A stretch of 64,000 nt of DNA from Camelus ferus (lineage: Eukaryota), in assembly GCF_009834535.1 (NCBI RefSeq), contig NC_045707.1, positions 58,220,001-58,284,000 on the forward strand, given 5' to 3'. A program made the position numbers and the translations under genes. Shown piece after piece: positions 1-12,985 of the stretch; the first letter of the stretch is position 1, and each line of letters opens with the position of its first letter. The notes under the pieces are model-generated. The model ran no database searches and was not told where the DNA came from. It saw only the letters and a list, made by a program, of their open reading frames with translations.

Positions 1-1129
1 CTAAAGTAAAAGGTGTGTTTACATGAAGAACATGAGTCATCCTTGGATCAGCTGTTGGGTAGGGACGGATTGGTTTTGCAAGGGTGGAGCAGTGTTGGAG
101 AAGCATAAAGAAACAAGGAACTCTACCATAGTCAAAGGCAGTTAGCCTCAACTCATTGCCAAATGCCTGAGTTATTATAAACCTGTTGGATTACCTTATG
201 TAGTAGAAGAATAACTGAACCGAAACTGCCATAGAGAACTTTGAAAATTTTACTTAAAATGTCCAACTCAATATTTCTTAAAATAATAAAGTATACATAT
301 CCAACTAATGTGTATGTATTTGGATGCAAATCAGCAAGGGATATGGAAAACAAGGAACTTGTAGAGCGATGACATTTGGGGATGATTTCTAAGACAGTAA
401 AACTCCATTTTTCCCCCAGGGACACACTTAATGAGTGACTTTCACATTCCCAGAGAATTCTTAGGTGGTGGCCTCTGGTACAGATAAGACACACTGGAGA
501 TTATGGGAAATTTCCCTTTGGCCTGCAGTAAGATACTGCCCTGCCTTTTTCTCTCCCACTGCGGGCAGTATATTAGAATTCAAGTAAATGAGAATATTAT
601 GATCGGGAAAACTCTGATTCTGCTCTAACTAATTAATTATAAAACATTCATTCATTTAATAGATATTTGCTGAATGCCTGCCATATACAACATACCAATT
701 CTTTTTGAATTGTATTTGTATTATTGAAAATTATTGATTATACAATTTATGACTGGTTTAGATAAGATACCCATGGAAGGCAACAGAGAGATTGAGAGAA
801 TCCCTGTTTTAAATAATTTAGATTGTTACAAAGGTACATGTAAAGTAAAGGTTTTTAATAACCTGAGATATGTCAGGCTTCAGTCAATACTCAGTTTCTT
901 AAAAGTCTTAACTTCTCAATAGTGAGGATAAACGACCTGGAAGCCAGAAAAGTAAAGCAAAGCAAAGATCCAGAACTGTTGTCTTGCCTTTGTTTACCGT
1001 ATTTCATGTCTGCGCAAGTCCTTTCCCCCTACTTTAAATAGTATCACACGTGCATCACTTTCTCTCAGCTCTCAGTACTAACCTTCCCACGTGGTTTACC
1101 CTCTATACTTTTATCACCTAATGTTTTGT

Positions 1130-1995
1130 CTTATAATGTAACCTCCACGAGGGCAGGAACTTTGTTTTATTCACTGCTGTATTGGCACACCTTGTATCTG
1201 GCACATAGTCGGTGCTCAATAAATATTTGTTATTGAATTACTTGTTTCTGGACATTTTACTCTCTCCCCATCATTCTCAAGATAAAGTCCAAATTCCTCA
1301 TGCCTGTCTTTGAGGGCCTCAAACCTGATCTCTGCCTCCTCTCCCACTTTGACAGTCCAGGCAGTCCTATCTTATCCTAGTCCCTCAAACACCAGTTCTC
1401 CTGATTAGAAGGTCCATTCCCTCTCTGTCTATCCAGGCACATCCCAACCACCTTTCCACATTCTGCTTGCATCTCACCTGCTCCTTGAAGATTTGTATTA
1501 CCTTCAGCCTAGACTCTCCCCTCATTTCTCTCCTCTTCTCTAAGATTCTTCTGTAGGAGCTTTTTCACTCAGTTCTGTAACCACTGGTCTTCTTCCTGTA
1601 AGGACCTCACATTCTTATTTAAGTGCTTCAAATGTCCATATCTTTTCTCCCCACTGGAATGTCAGTCCCTGGAGGAGAGAGAAGTTAAGGTGCCGGCCAT
1701 ATCAGACTGCCTTGATTTTTGGCACATTCTGTTTGCTCACTCTTAGATACTTTGTTGTTCCCCTTTTACTTGGCTAACTCGCCCCTCAGGTCTCAGCATG
1801 AACATCCTTCCCTCTAATAAGAGTAGACAGGAGTATCTGCTCTTGTCCTGTATACAGAAGGCTCCTCATGCTTCCCTATACCTCTCCTTACTTGCCTCTA
1901 AACTCTGTGAGAATAAACCTGTCTTGTTCATTGCTCTATTCCCAGCACCTAGTCTGGCATCTGGCAATAAGAAGTGCCCTTTGTTGACTTAAAGA
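1130..1995 (+). mobile_element. L2 LINE fragments
   Basis: L2 3'-end motif (gagggcagg...tggcacatagtcggtgctcaataaatatttgtt) at ~1150-1240 and again at ~1900-1990. Confidence 0.7.
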
Positions 1996-2234
1996 ATCAC
2001 CCACTGATTTGGGGTTTTTTCTCCCTCGTGCATATAATAACATATTAACTACATGCTACATATTGAATGTATTCCTATTTAATGAAGGAGGAGATGATAA
2101 GAGTTTAAGGAGGGTCCACATGTAAGCCCAGAGACGAAAGAAGTATGACTAGTGAGACAGTGTCCTGCAGAATAACTGGACACGGTATTCAACGCCCTCC
2201 ACCAATTGCCCCCTTGCTCTCTCCTTTCCTTCCC

Positions 2235-2730
2235 CAAGTAATGTATTGGAACCTACTACGTATGAGGCACAGGAGACACAATGGTGCCCATCCTCAGTGC
2301 ATTAACTTACAGCTTAGTGGGGGGGATAGAATATTAACAAATAAACAAAGGATGTAATATTGAGCATCAATAAGTGCTATTCAAAAAAGTGAAAATCGAG
2401 TGGATAGTAACTGGGTATGGGGTGACTGTTCCAGAAGAGAAGGCATCTCTGAGGAGGAGAGACCTGAGGGAAGGGACAGATGGGACTGTGTGCACATCTG
2501 AAAGGACAGTGGTGTTAGCAGAGGGAACTGCCATTTCTGAACCAGAAACAGATGTAGCGTGGTGAGGAAGAGAAGGGAGCCAGTGAGCTGGAGCAGGATA
2601 GCCAAGGTGACAGGTGGTAAGAAATGAGGTGAGACGGTTAAGGGGGCAAGAAACAAAGGGCCGCATGAACCAGAGCAAGGCCCCAGGATGGTATTCCGAA
2701 TGTGATGGGAAGACTTCAAGCACAGGAATG
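2235..2730 (-). mobile_element. L2 LINE fragment
   Basis: Purine-rich antisense L2-like sequence (gaaggcatctctgaggagg..., cagtgagctggagcagg). Confidence 0.6.
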
Positions 2731-4914
2731 ATACATACGTCTTCTTTTCTTTCACCACTGACTGAACAGACGTTATCTTCATTTCTTTCACCATATGTCA
2801 AGCACTGTGCCAGGCCTACTTCTTCGATCCCACTGTGATTTGTCCCCTTACCCCATCCACGCGAGCATAGTTGCACTCAGAACAGGTCTGAGATTTTCCA
2901 AGCCTTTGCCCACCACCCACTTTGTTTCCAAGGCAGCTGTCAAGATTCAGCTGAAGTAGCACCTTTCTCAAGAAGCCTGGTTTTCTCTGGGTTCTCACGG
3001 CACTCCTTTCTGCCTCTGCCACAGTAGTTATAATCGGCCCTGAGTCCATCAGTTCCTCCCAGCAGACCATAAACTGGCAGCTCGTCTTATTTTTTCAAGG
3101 CCCCGAAATGAGTCATTTCTTCCTTTTACACTAGTACAAACTGAATCCATTTTAGAGGCTATTTTAAGCATGAAAGAACAATGTGTCTGATATGCTAGGA
3201 CGTAAAACTAGTTCAGTAACAAAGAAAAAAAGATATTCATTGAATCTAATAAAAATATTATAGTAATATCTACGTTTAATGAAGCATTTTGTCAATGATG
3301 AAATTTACTAAAGAGTAAGATTTCGTGAACCCCCGTGGAACTGCAGAGTTGGGATTGATCTGATAGCCTGGTTCTTCTTGCTGGGCCAGAGAATCATTGG
3401 CCAGATAGGCTAGGATGTCACTGAGGCATGAGAGGAAGGAAGAGTCAGAGCAGAGAGCCAGGGCTGGTAACTTCTGATCCCAGATGTGAAAGGCCCTCTC
3501 AATTCCCACACCTTCAGAGCCTCCTCTTCCAGCCAGTGGTGGTAGCTGTGCAGGTCACCCCATCTTTCCTTTCCATCTGGACCTAGGGACCAGAGCACCA
3601 TTTGGAAGCCCCCATCCTCACTCGCATACATACCTCTTCCCCTGAGACAGGAAGAGAGAGATGAGGCTAAGAGGTGAGCTGCAACTACACTAAAGACAAA
3701 TTCAAAAACCCTCAGAATGAAGAAATGCACGTGTAGGTGTTTCTCCTGCAGCCCTGGCTAGCTACGTGCAGAAGGAACCCCGGCAAATCCAAACCTTCCC
3801 GTATTGTCAGACACACCCGAGACTGAGTGAACGAAGGAATGACTGAATAACTAACTAAGTAAAATAGTATTTGATGTAAATAAAGAGAGAATAATACGAA
3901 TTTGAAAAAGCAAAGAATTACATTGAGGGGCTTTAATTTTTTAAATAATCTAGTGGGAAAAAATAAGGAGACAAAATACATTTCATGGCTTAATAACAGA
4001 AATGTTAAGCAAGATTCCAAATGGCAAAGCTATATAAATAGGCATACTTACTAAAGCGCTGCTTCTTACGTAAGATTAGTACTCAGAGTTTCAAAAATTT
4101 AAGTTTTCCATTATAATTTTACTTTATTGCCAGATTTTTTTAAAAGGGCTAAACTTGCCCTTTACAAATGTGTGAATCTTTTTTTTTCTTTTGTTAAGTT
4201 CATCAGTAAACTACTGAGTTAAAAATGGATATGTCTATAGGCACAACTTATTAATGTGAGAGTGCGTGAGTTTTAAACTGTTGTTGAAGATCCTTTACGT
4301 AGACACTGCATCTCAACAGTGACATTTTACCAGTTAAAGCATGTTTATGTTCTGGATTTTAGACAGGAATAACAGAACAGGTAGTGAGCCCTGAATAGAA
4401 TTCTTAAAAGTTGTAGTCTCTATTCATTTATACATCTTTGCAAATGTTAATAGGAGCCAAGAGTATTTTCTCAAATCTTGGTACAAAAATCTCATTAGAT
4501 GCCACCAGCTTTTCACATTTGGGCTGATACTGATCCTCAAAATAGAAATGCTCTTTTTGTACCCTCCATATTTACTATTCCCTTATTCTTTAAAAAGTTC
4601 CATGTTTAGTTTCTAAACTAAAAAATTTGCAACCTCAAGTTAGAATGGAACAAGTGAGTTTCGCTATCTTGTAATTATTAGAAGAGTTTAAAATATGTAT
4701 CCCTAGGCATAAAATCTACTTGTTATAATTATGTGTAATAATAGATTCTTAGGGCATTAAGAGTTTTATGTGAGACTTATTAAAACAGCTCGTGACTGCT
4801 TTGCCAGTGCAAGCCTGTGCTGCCAGTGAAACCAAAAGACTATGGGAAGGAACTTTGAATGCGTTGCTGATGGCTTTACCAAATACTGCCTGGTATGTTC
4901 AGTCTTCAAGGAAA

Positions 4915-5190
4915 GAGAAATTAACACTTCTTAATCACCCACTGTGTGCCAAGCATTGAGAAGCACCTTACGCATATATATACACATATAATATCACATG
5001 TATAGCACATACATATAATCACATGCGTATCAGATGCGTATATCTACATATATATGATTTAGTCCTCTCAACAAACATAAGAGGCAATATGATTCCCACT
5101 TTACAGAAGAAGAAACTGAAGTCACGAGCTCAGGGCATAAGCCATGAAGCCAGGATCTGAACAATACCCAACCCAACGTCCGTTCTATTT
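4915..5190 (-). mobile_element. MIR SINE with an internal (CATA/TA)-rich simple repeat
   Basis: cactgtgtgccaagcattg...cccactttacagaagaagaaactgaag MIR core. Confidence 0.7.
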
Positions 5191-6676
5191 CATGTGACTT
5201 CAGGAAGTCAGCACAAAAGGCTTCAGGTACTTTTCCTCAAAATCTGCTTTGTTCCCACCTGTCTTCAACATTGAGTCTGAACTGTTATAGCTGGAAAGAT
5301 CCAGTAGAGTTCAGATTTTTTTTTTTAAAGGAGGAGATAGCTTCAGTTAGTCAGTGGGTAACTAACACGAAGAACTTAAAATTGCCTGACGTGACTAATG
5401 AGGGCTACACATAAACTTCACCTCTGATCCAGGCCCTTGGAGATGGGCTACATTTGCATCATGTTTTCATAATAAATCTTTTCTGAATTGGCATTGTGAA
5501 AATATGCCTTCACTCAATAGGTGAAAATATTCAATAAAAATAAATCTGGAACAGCAGAAAGCAAAATTTTGCACCGGTTGATATGTTTAAATGGACACTT
5601 AAATTTGTTTTCCAGATTTCTCCTGTTAGTTAAACTTTTTCAGCACTGTCTCAGATTTCTTTTGCTTTTGCCATGGTGGTACCTCACCTGTGTTTCTAAA
5701 ACCTTTTTCTCTTCTCTTTCTGTCACTGGTTCCATTTCTCGCAATGGCTGCTTTTGTATCCTGCTATTCTTGGATTTATTCAGTTCCCGCCACAGACTTA
5801 CTAACAACTTCCCTTTTCCTTGTCAACCAAATATCTTCTGTGTAGTCGAGTACTTAGTCATCATTGTCATAATTGTTCCGAAAATAGCTTTGGTAAGTGG
5901 GCCAACCCAGAAGACAAGCAATTTTTAGTGTTAATAACACCTTTAGCAAACAAATTATTTTATGATTCACTCCTTTCATGACCCCTCATAAAAGAAAGAA
6001 AATTGTTATATGGTGAGAATATAGAAGTAATTAAGTGTTTTAAGTGTTCAGTAGTTGTTGGGATGGGTTTGGTCTGCTCAGATAATTGCTTTGATGTTAG
6101 GAGAAAGGTTATATCTGTTAAAGTTTTCATTGAAAAATATACGTTCATTGGAAAACTTCAGTTAAAACCCTTCTAATGATTAAATTGTGCACTTAATTCT
6201 AATTGCAGCCCTTATGACACTGGTCTTTAACACGGTCACAAGCTTTTTTTTACACAGAACAATACTTGATTTAGGAGAAGGGTTAAATTCCAGATTTTGT
6301 AAAAAAGAATATGTTAGTACTTTTAAGCCCCTACTGTAACTTGACTGTTAGCTTTACAGGAATCCTAAAGATCTGTACTAAGTAAGGATTCACCACTCCG
6401 ATTGAAAAACTGGTTGCAGTTAACAAGTAATTGGGGCCTGAAAAGAATTCATCTAAGTAATTTGCTCTGTCAATGAGAAAAATTTTAATTAGCAGAGATA
6501 AAATTTATAGCTAAACCAAAAATGAGCCTCTTCTTTTTTATTTAGAAAAGCATTTTCACCTAAAAGAGATAGTGACTCAAGTAGTTGGCAATGACTTTTA
6601 GTATATTAATTAAAATAGCATTAACAAATACAGGGGTTTAAAATGTCTTAAGTCCTACTATTAGCATCTGTCACTT

Positions 6677-6695
6677 GGACCACTAGGTGGCACCA
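6677..6695 (+). promoter_or_regulatory. CTCF-binding motif
   Basis: GGACCACTAGGTGGCACCA is a near-ideal match to the CTCF core CCASYAGRKGGCRS, in non-repeat sequence. Confidence 0.7.
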
Positions 6696-6949
6696 ACAAG
6701 CTTTTTCCAAATATGTACACTAAACAATGTGTAAGACACTCCTTGAATTCCATTCACCTATAAACGATATCCAGTATCACCATTATCAACATGTCGACAA
6801 ATTCAACCCATATGTTGAGGAAGACTGTATAAAGTTATGGTCCTAGACAACAATAAATGCTATTACTTTGGCAAATTTACTACCTGCTTAAGCTATTTGC
6901 ATTGGTGACAAAAATGCTGGGAAAGCAATCAAAATGCAAGGCACCATGA

Positions 6950-7525
6950 CTCAGTGAAAGAGCGAAAAACACTGGACTGAGGGTCAATAGCCCTGGTTCT
7001 GCTCCCAGCCTCACCACCAATTATCTTAGTGTCTTGAGTAAGTCTCTAAAGCTCTCTGGTTACCACTCTCCTAGTCAGTAAAGTCAAAGATTGGGATTGG
7101 AAGAATTGATTTCAAAAATGCCTTGAGTAAGGAACATTTTTCTCATATAAACCCCTCAGAATTCTAATATGGAAAGCAAATGAAAGCAAGGCTGAGTGGG
7201 GAGGGGAGCGGAGGTGGAATGGCAGAAAGAGAAGGAGGTGTGCTTCCCATCACTCTGCCCTGTGTCCAACCATGGTCTCTGTGGTCCAGAAAAAACTAAT
7301 TTGGAGGACAATGACATAGGAGATTACTAAGGTCCCTTCTGTTCCAGAAGTCTGATTCCAAGTGTATAGCTATGTGAAAATTCTTAAAATTTCCCCTTGC
7401 TTTGCCCATTCCTAGGATATAGTGCATATATTATTTCCTCCATTTTACAGATGAATAAACTGAGGCTGAGCAATGTCTTACTAAAAATCACCTAGGCATA
7501 GGATCAGAGTCCAAGACTCCTGGTC
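6950..7525. mobile_element. MIR/MIR3 pieces flanking a probable small hAT-like insertion
   Basis: MIR-like 6950-7100, MIR3/L3 tail aaggtcccttctg at ~7330, MIR core ccattttacagatgaataaactgaggc at ~7440. Confidence 0.5.
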
Positions 7526-7528
7526 TTT

Positions 7529-10500
7529 GTTTTTTTTTTTTGTTTTTTTTTTTCAAATAAACTTTTTTTACTTTCAGAAAATTACAGATTCATATGCAGT
7601 TATAAAAAAAGAAAAGAACATAGAAATACCGTGTACCTTTTACCCAGTTTCCCCCAATGGTAATATTTTACAAAATTATAGTATCATTTCAAGACCAAGA
7701 TACTGATATTAATACAGTCAAGATGCGGAACACTTACAGCACCACAAAGAATCCCTTTATTGTGCTTTCATAGCTACACACACTTCCCTACTACCCCTAC
7801 CCCCTCTTTATCCCCTGGGAACTACTAATCTGTTCTCCACTCCTATAATTTTGTCATTTCAAGAGTGATTTATAAAGGGAATCATGTAGTACATAACCTT
7901 GTATGATTTATGTCTTCACTCATGATAATTCTTTGGAGATTGTTCATGTATCAAGAGTTCATTCCTGTTTACTGCTGAAGAGTATTCCATGATATGGATG
8001 TACCACAGACTTATAGCCATCCACCCACTGAAGGACATCTGGGTGGTCTTCAGTCTGGGGCTCTTATGAATAAACTGCTATAAGCACTTATGTTCAGGTT
8101 TTTGTGTGAATGTAAGTGTTTAGTTCTCTGGGATAGATGCCCAGGAGCACAAGCATTATGTAGTTGCATGTTTATTTTTTAAAGAAAATGCTAAAGTATT
8201 TTCCGGAGCGTGTGCCATTTTACATTCCCACCAGCAATGTAGGAATGATCGAGTTTCCCACCATCCTCACCGGAATTTTCACTACTTCTTATTTTAGCCA
8301 TTCCAAGACCCGTAATGATGTCATTTGTGGTCTGAATTTACATGTCCCTAATGGCTAGTGTTATTAAACATCTTTTCACGTGACTATTTGCTGTCTATGT
8401 ATTCTTTTTAGTGAAATGTCTCTTTGTGTCTTTTGCTGATTTTCTAACTGGATTTTTTTTTAACTGTTAAGTTTTGAGAGTTTTTTACGTATTCTAAACA
8501 CTAGTGTTTGTATTTTCATCCTCTTAACAGGATCTTTTGCATAGCCAAAGATTTTAATTTTGATGAAGTCCAATTTATCAGTTTTTCCTTTTGTGGATCA
8601 TGTTTTTGGTCTCAGGTCTAAGAACATTTTATCTGTTTCTAGATCTCAAATATTTTCTCTTATGTTTTTGTCTAAAAGTTTTATTCATTTAGTGTTTTAT
8701 GTTTATTTCCATGATCAATTTTAAGTTAGTTTTTTGGATAAGATCTGAGGTTTAGGTTATGATTCTTTTTTAAAAATGAATGTCCTATTGCTCCAGCAAC
8801 ACTTTTTTTTTAAAGGCTATCTTTCTTCCATTGAATTGCATTGTACCTTTGTCAAAAATCAGTTGTGCATATTTATGTAGGCTTTTTTTTGGGGATCGCT
8901 AATCTATCCCATTGATCTATGTGTCTGTCTCTCCCTCAATACCACACTGTCTTGATTCATGAAGCTATACAATAAATCTTGAAATTGAATAGACTGGTCC
9001 CTCCCACATCATTTTTCTTTTTCAAAATTCTTACCTATTGTACTTCCTTTGTCTTTCCATATAAATTTTAGAATAATCTTGTTTACATCTACAAAAATCT
9101 TACTGGAATTTTTATAGCAATTGCATTGACCTTGTATGTCATATCAGAGAAATCATCACCTTTACTATGCTGATTCTTCCAATTCATGAACACAGTATGT
9201 CTCTCCATTTATTTCAATCTTTTTTCATTTCTTTCAAGAGTGATTTTTAGATTTCAGCATAGAAGACCTAGACATGTTTTGTGATATTTACACCTAAGAA
9301 TTTCAGTTTTTGCTATTAGAGATAATATCATATTTTAATGTTGGTATCCACATATTAATTACTATCATACAGAAATAAAATTGATTTTAATATGCTTATT
9401 TTATATCCTGTAAACTTGATGAACTCACTTATTGGTTGTAAGAGTTTTTGGTAGATTCCTTGGGACTTTCTATACAGACAATTATATCATTTGTAAATAG
9501 GGATAGTTTTATTTCTTCCTTTCTGATCAGTATGATTTTATGTCCTTTTCTTGCTTTTATTGCACTGACTAGAACTTCTAGAACCATTTTGAAGAAGAAT
9601 GGTAAGAACAAAAATCCTTTCCTTAGTCCTGATCTTAGAAGGAAAGCATTTTCACTCACCATTAAGTATAAAGCTATGTTCGGGTTTTTTTGTAGGGGTT
9701 CTTGATTAAATTGAGGAAGTGCCCCTCTATTCCTCTTTTTATGAGCTTTTTTATTATAAATGAGTGTTGAATTTTGTTAAATGCTTTTCTGCATCAATTA
9801 ATATGATCACATGATTTTTAAAATTTCAGTCTATTTATATGGCAAATAAATCTAAATAAATTTCATTTTTAGCTTATTAATATAGCCAAACAAATATAGC
9901 AATTGATTTTCAAATATTAAACCAACCATGTATTCCTGGAATAAACCCCACTTGGTATTGTGTATAATTCTTTATGTGTACATGTATGTATATATGTAAA
10001 TATAGGGATGTCTGGATTTTATTTGCTAATATTTTGTTAAGGATCTTTGCATTTGTATTCATGAAGAATACTGGTCTGTATTTTTCTTTTTTTTGTACTG
10101 CCTTTGTCTGGTTTTGGTTTCTTGGTAATAGTAGCTTCACAAAATGAATTAGGAAATATTCCTTCCACTTTCTGGAAGAGACAAGAGCTTCTATGTAACT
10201 GGGGTTATTCTTCTTTAAACAACAGGTAGAATTTGCCAGTGAAATCATCTAGGCCTGGATATTTCTTGGGAGGAGTTTTAAATTACAAATTTAATTTCCT
10301 TAACAGTTATAAGGATTCAAATTATCTGTTTCCCATTGGGTGAATTGTGATAGTTTGTGTTTCTCAAGGAATTCTTCCATTTCATCAAATTGTCAAATTT
10401 ATGTGTGTAGACTTGTTCCTATTACTCTCGTATCTTTTTGTTGGCTGCAAAGTGTATAGTGATATCACTGTTTCATTCACAGATTCTGATCATCTGTGCC

Positions 10501-12550
10501 TCCTACTTTTTTTTCCCCTTTTTCATTCTCCCGAGGCATTTGATGAACTATTTTTTTAAAGAACCAACTCCTTAACTGATTCTCTGTATTGTTTTCCTGT
10601 TTTCAATTTCATTGATTTCTGCTTTGTCATTATTATTTCCTTCCTTCTCCTTGCTTTGGTTTTGTTTTACTCCTCTTTTCTAGGACCTTTAAGTAAGAGA
10701 TTAGATCACTGATTTTAGACTTTTTCTCTTTCATGTATATGAATTTAGTGCTTAAATTTCCTCCCAGAACTGCTTTAGCTATGGCCTACAAAGTTTGGTA
10801 TGTTATGTCTTTATTTGCATTCAGTTTAATGTATTTTTTTGTTTCCCTTGAGATTTCCTCATTGACCTATAGATTATTTTGAAGCATGTTGTTTAGTTTC
10901 TGCATGTTTGGAGATTTTCCTGTTACCTTTCAATTTTTAAGTTTTAGTTTGAGTCCCTTATGGTTAGAGAACATACTCCATATGATTTCATTTCTTTTAA
11001 ATTTGTCCAGGTTTGTTTTATGGCCAAGGATATCATCTATCTTGGTGTAGATTCAATGGGCACTTGAAAAGAATGTGTATTTTGTTGTTGTCAGGTGGAG
11101 TGTTCTATAAATGTTGATCAGATTTTGTTGGTTGATGGTGTTATGTTGGTTGATGGTGTTGTTTTCTTCTATGTCTTTGCTGGTATTCTAGTTGTTCTGT
11201 CCATTACTGAGAAAAGGGTGTTGAATTATTGACATTATTGAATTACTGAATTATTGTATTTGCCTGTATCTCCTTTCAGTTCTATCAGGTTTCCCTTCGC
11301 ATATTTTGCAGCTCTATTGTTTGGTGTGTAAACGTTTAGCATTGCTGAGTGTTCTTGGTAAATTGGCTTTTTTTTTTTTTCATTTATAACATTCCTCTGT
11401 GTCCCTGGCAACAGTCTTTGCTCTGAAATTTACTTTATCTCATATTAATGTAGGCACCCCTACTTTCTTTTCATTCATGTTTATTTGATGTGTCTTTTTC
11501 CATTTTTTACTCTAAGTCTGCCTGTATCATTATATTAGAAGTAAGTTTCCTATACACAGCATATATTTAGGTCATGTATTTTAACCCAATCTGCCAATCT
11601 GCCTTTTTTTTTTTTTTAAATGGAAGCACTGGGGATTGAACCCAGGACCTTGTACATGCTAAGCATGCACTCTACCACTGAGTTATACCTTCCCTACTCC
11701 GTCTGTCTTTTAATTGGTATGTTTAGACCATTTACATTTAATGTAATTATTGTTATTTTAGGGCTTGAGTATGCCATTTTATACTTTTTTCTGTTTATTC
11801 TCTGTTTTGTCTTTACTGTCTTTCTGCAGGTCATTTAAACATTTTTTCGAATTCTTTATTTATTTATACTGTTTTTGAGTATAACTATTTACATAGTTTT
11901 TTAATGGTAGTTCTAGGTGTTCCATTACATATATAACTTATCACTGTCTACTGCCAGGCTCTGTACATGGTTTATACCATCTGTGTGGAGGAGTATAGGG
12001 GTAGGGAACTCATTACTACCTAATGAGGGTAAAAGTTCCAGCTCCTTACTTAGCCTTCTCTGACATCACACCATTCGAGCAGTTGGAGCGCTTCATTTCA
12101 GCCTGGAGAGGGTAGAATCTAGACCCTCCATTTGGCCTTTCCTGGTATGGGTAAGGGTGACGCCAGTTTTTTCTCTGATGTTTGGTGGGAATAGAGTGGT
12201 TATTGTCTCAAAGTTTTCTGCCCAGCTAGACCACCCCTTTCCTGGTCTTTTGGTTTGAGAGAGTAGGCTTTTTTGTTGGTGGTGGTGGTGGTCTCTATCA
12301 GTTGGTGTTTCTGGTTTTTGTGGGCTTCTCCAGTACCCATTCCAGGATACATAAAGCAAAAAGAACAGCCAGGGAGTTTACCATCATGTCATTCCTCGGG
12401 TCCCAAGGTTCCTAGCTGGTCTGACTTCTCTCTACCTTTCAGAGTCTATTTGTATTTGTTTTATAGAAGATGTACAGAGTTTTTAAGTTATGCATAACAT
12501 TAGAAGTAGGGAAAGTATATCTCCTCCCTCTTTGCAGAAGTAGAAGTCTC
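7529..12550 (-). mobile_element. Old L1 (L1MC-like), both ends retained, internally deleted
   Basis: Poly(T) at ~7530-7553 followed by an L1MC-type 3' UTR. ORF2 remnants ([60 protein letters not shown]). TSD actcctggtcttt 7516-7528 / atttctggtcttt 12551-12563. Confidence 0.9.
11603..11694 (-). mobile_element. tRNA-Ala(AGC)-derived SINE (Vic-1-like, short form) nested in the L1
   Basis: Reverse complement GGGAAGGTATAACTCAGTGGTAGAGTGCATGCTTAGCATGTACAAGGTCCTGGGTTCAATCCCCAGTGCTTCCA followed by an A tail. Confidence 0.88.
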
Positions 12551-12779
12551 ATTTCTGGTCTTTCTTATCTCCTACTTTGAGACAATCCTGCCATGGAAGA
12601 TAATAAAGTTAACTTAAAGTGTGCAATTAGTATCAAATACAGAAGAGATTCTTATAGCTTAAGGAAACCTCATGAATCAAGAAGGACTTGAGTCGCATCC
12701 TAATAAGTAAATGCTATCATATAAGTCCTATAATTTTCCAAACATTATCCTAATAAAGATCTCAAAAATAATTATTTTG

Positions 12780-12985
12780 CCCTTAGCTTTTACCACATGC
12801 CAACACAATGTTGCTTGTCTTATATGTAATTAATACTCTCAACAACCAAATGCAGTAAGCATCATCACAATTACCTATTTTACTGTTAAGGAAAGTAAGA
12901 CTTAAAGTAAGGAAGCCAAATCTTGCATTTGAACTGGGCCTGTCTGAAACCAAATACTGAACTTTAACCACTCTGCCATGCTGAC
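12780..12985 (-). mobile_element. MIR SINE
   Basis: cctattttactgttaaggaaagtaagacttaaag...atttgaactgggcctgtctga. Confidence 0.65.
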
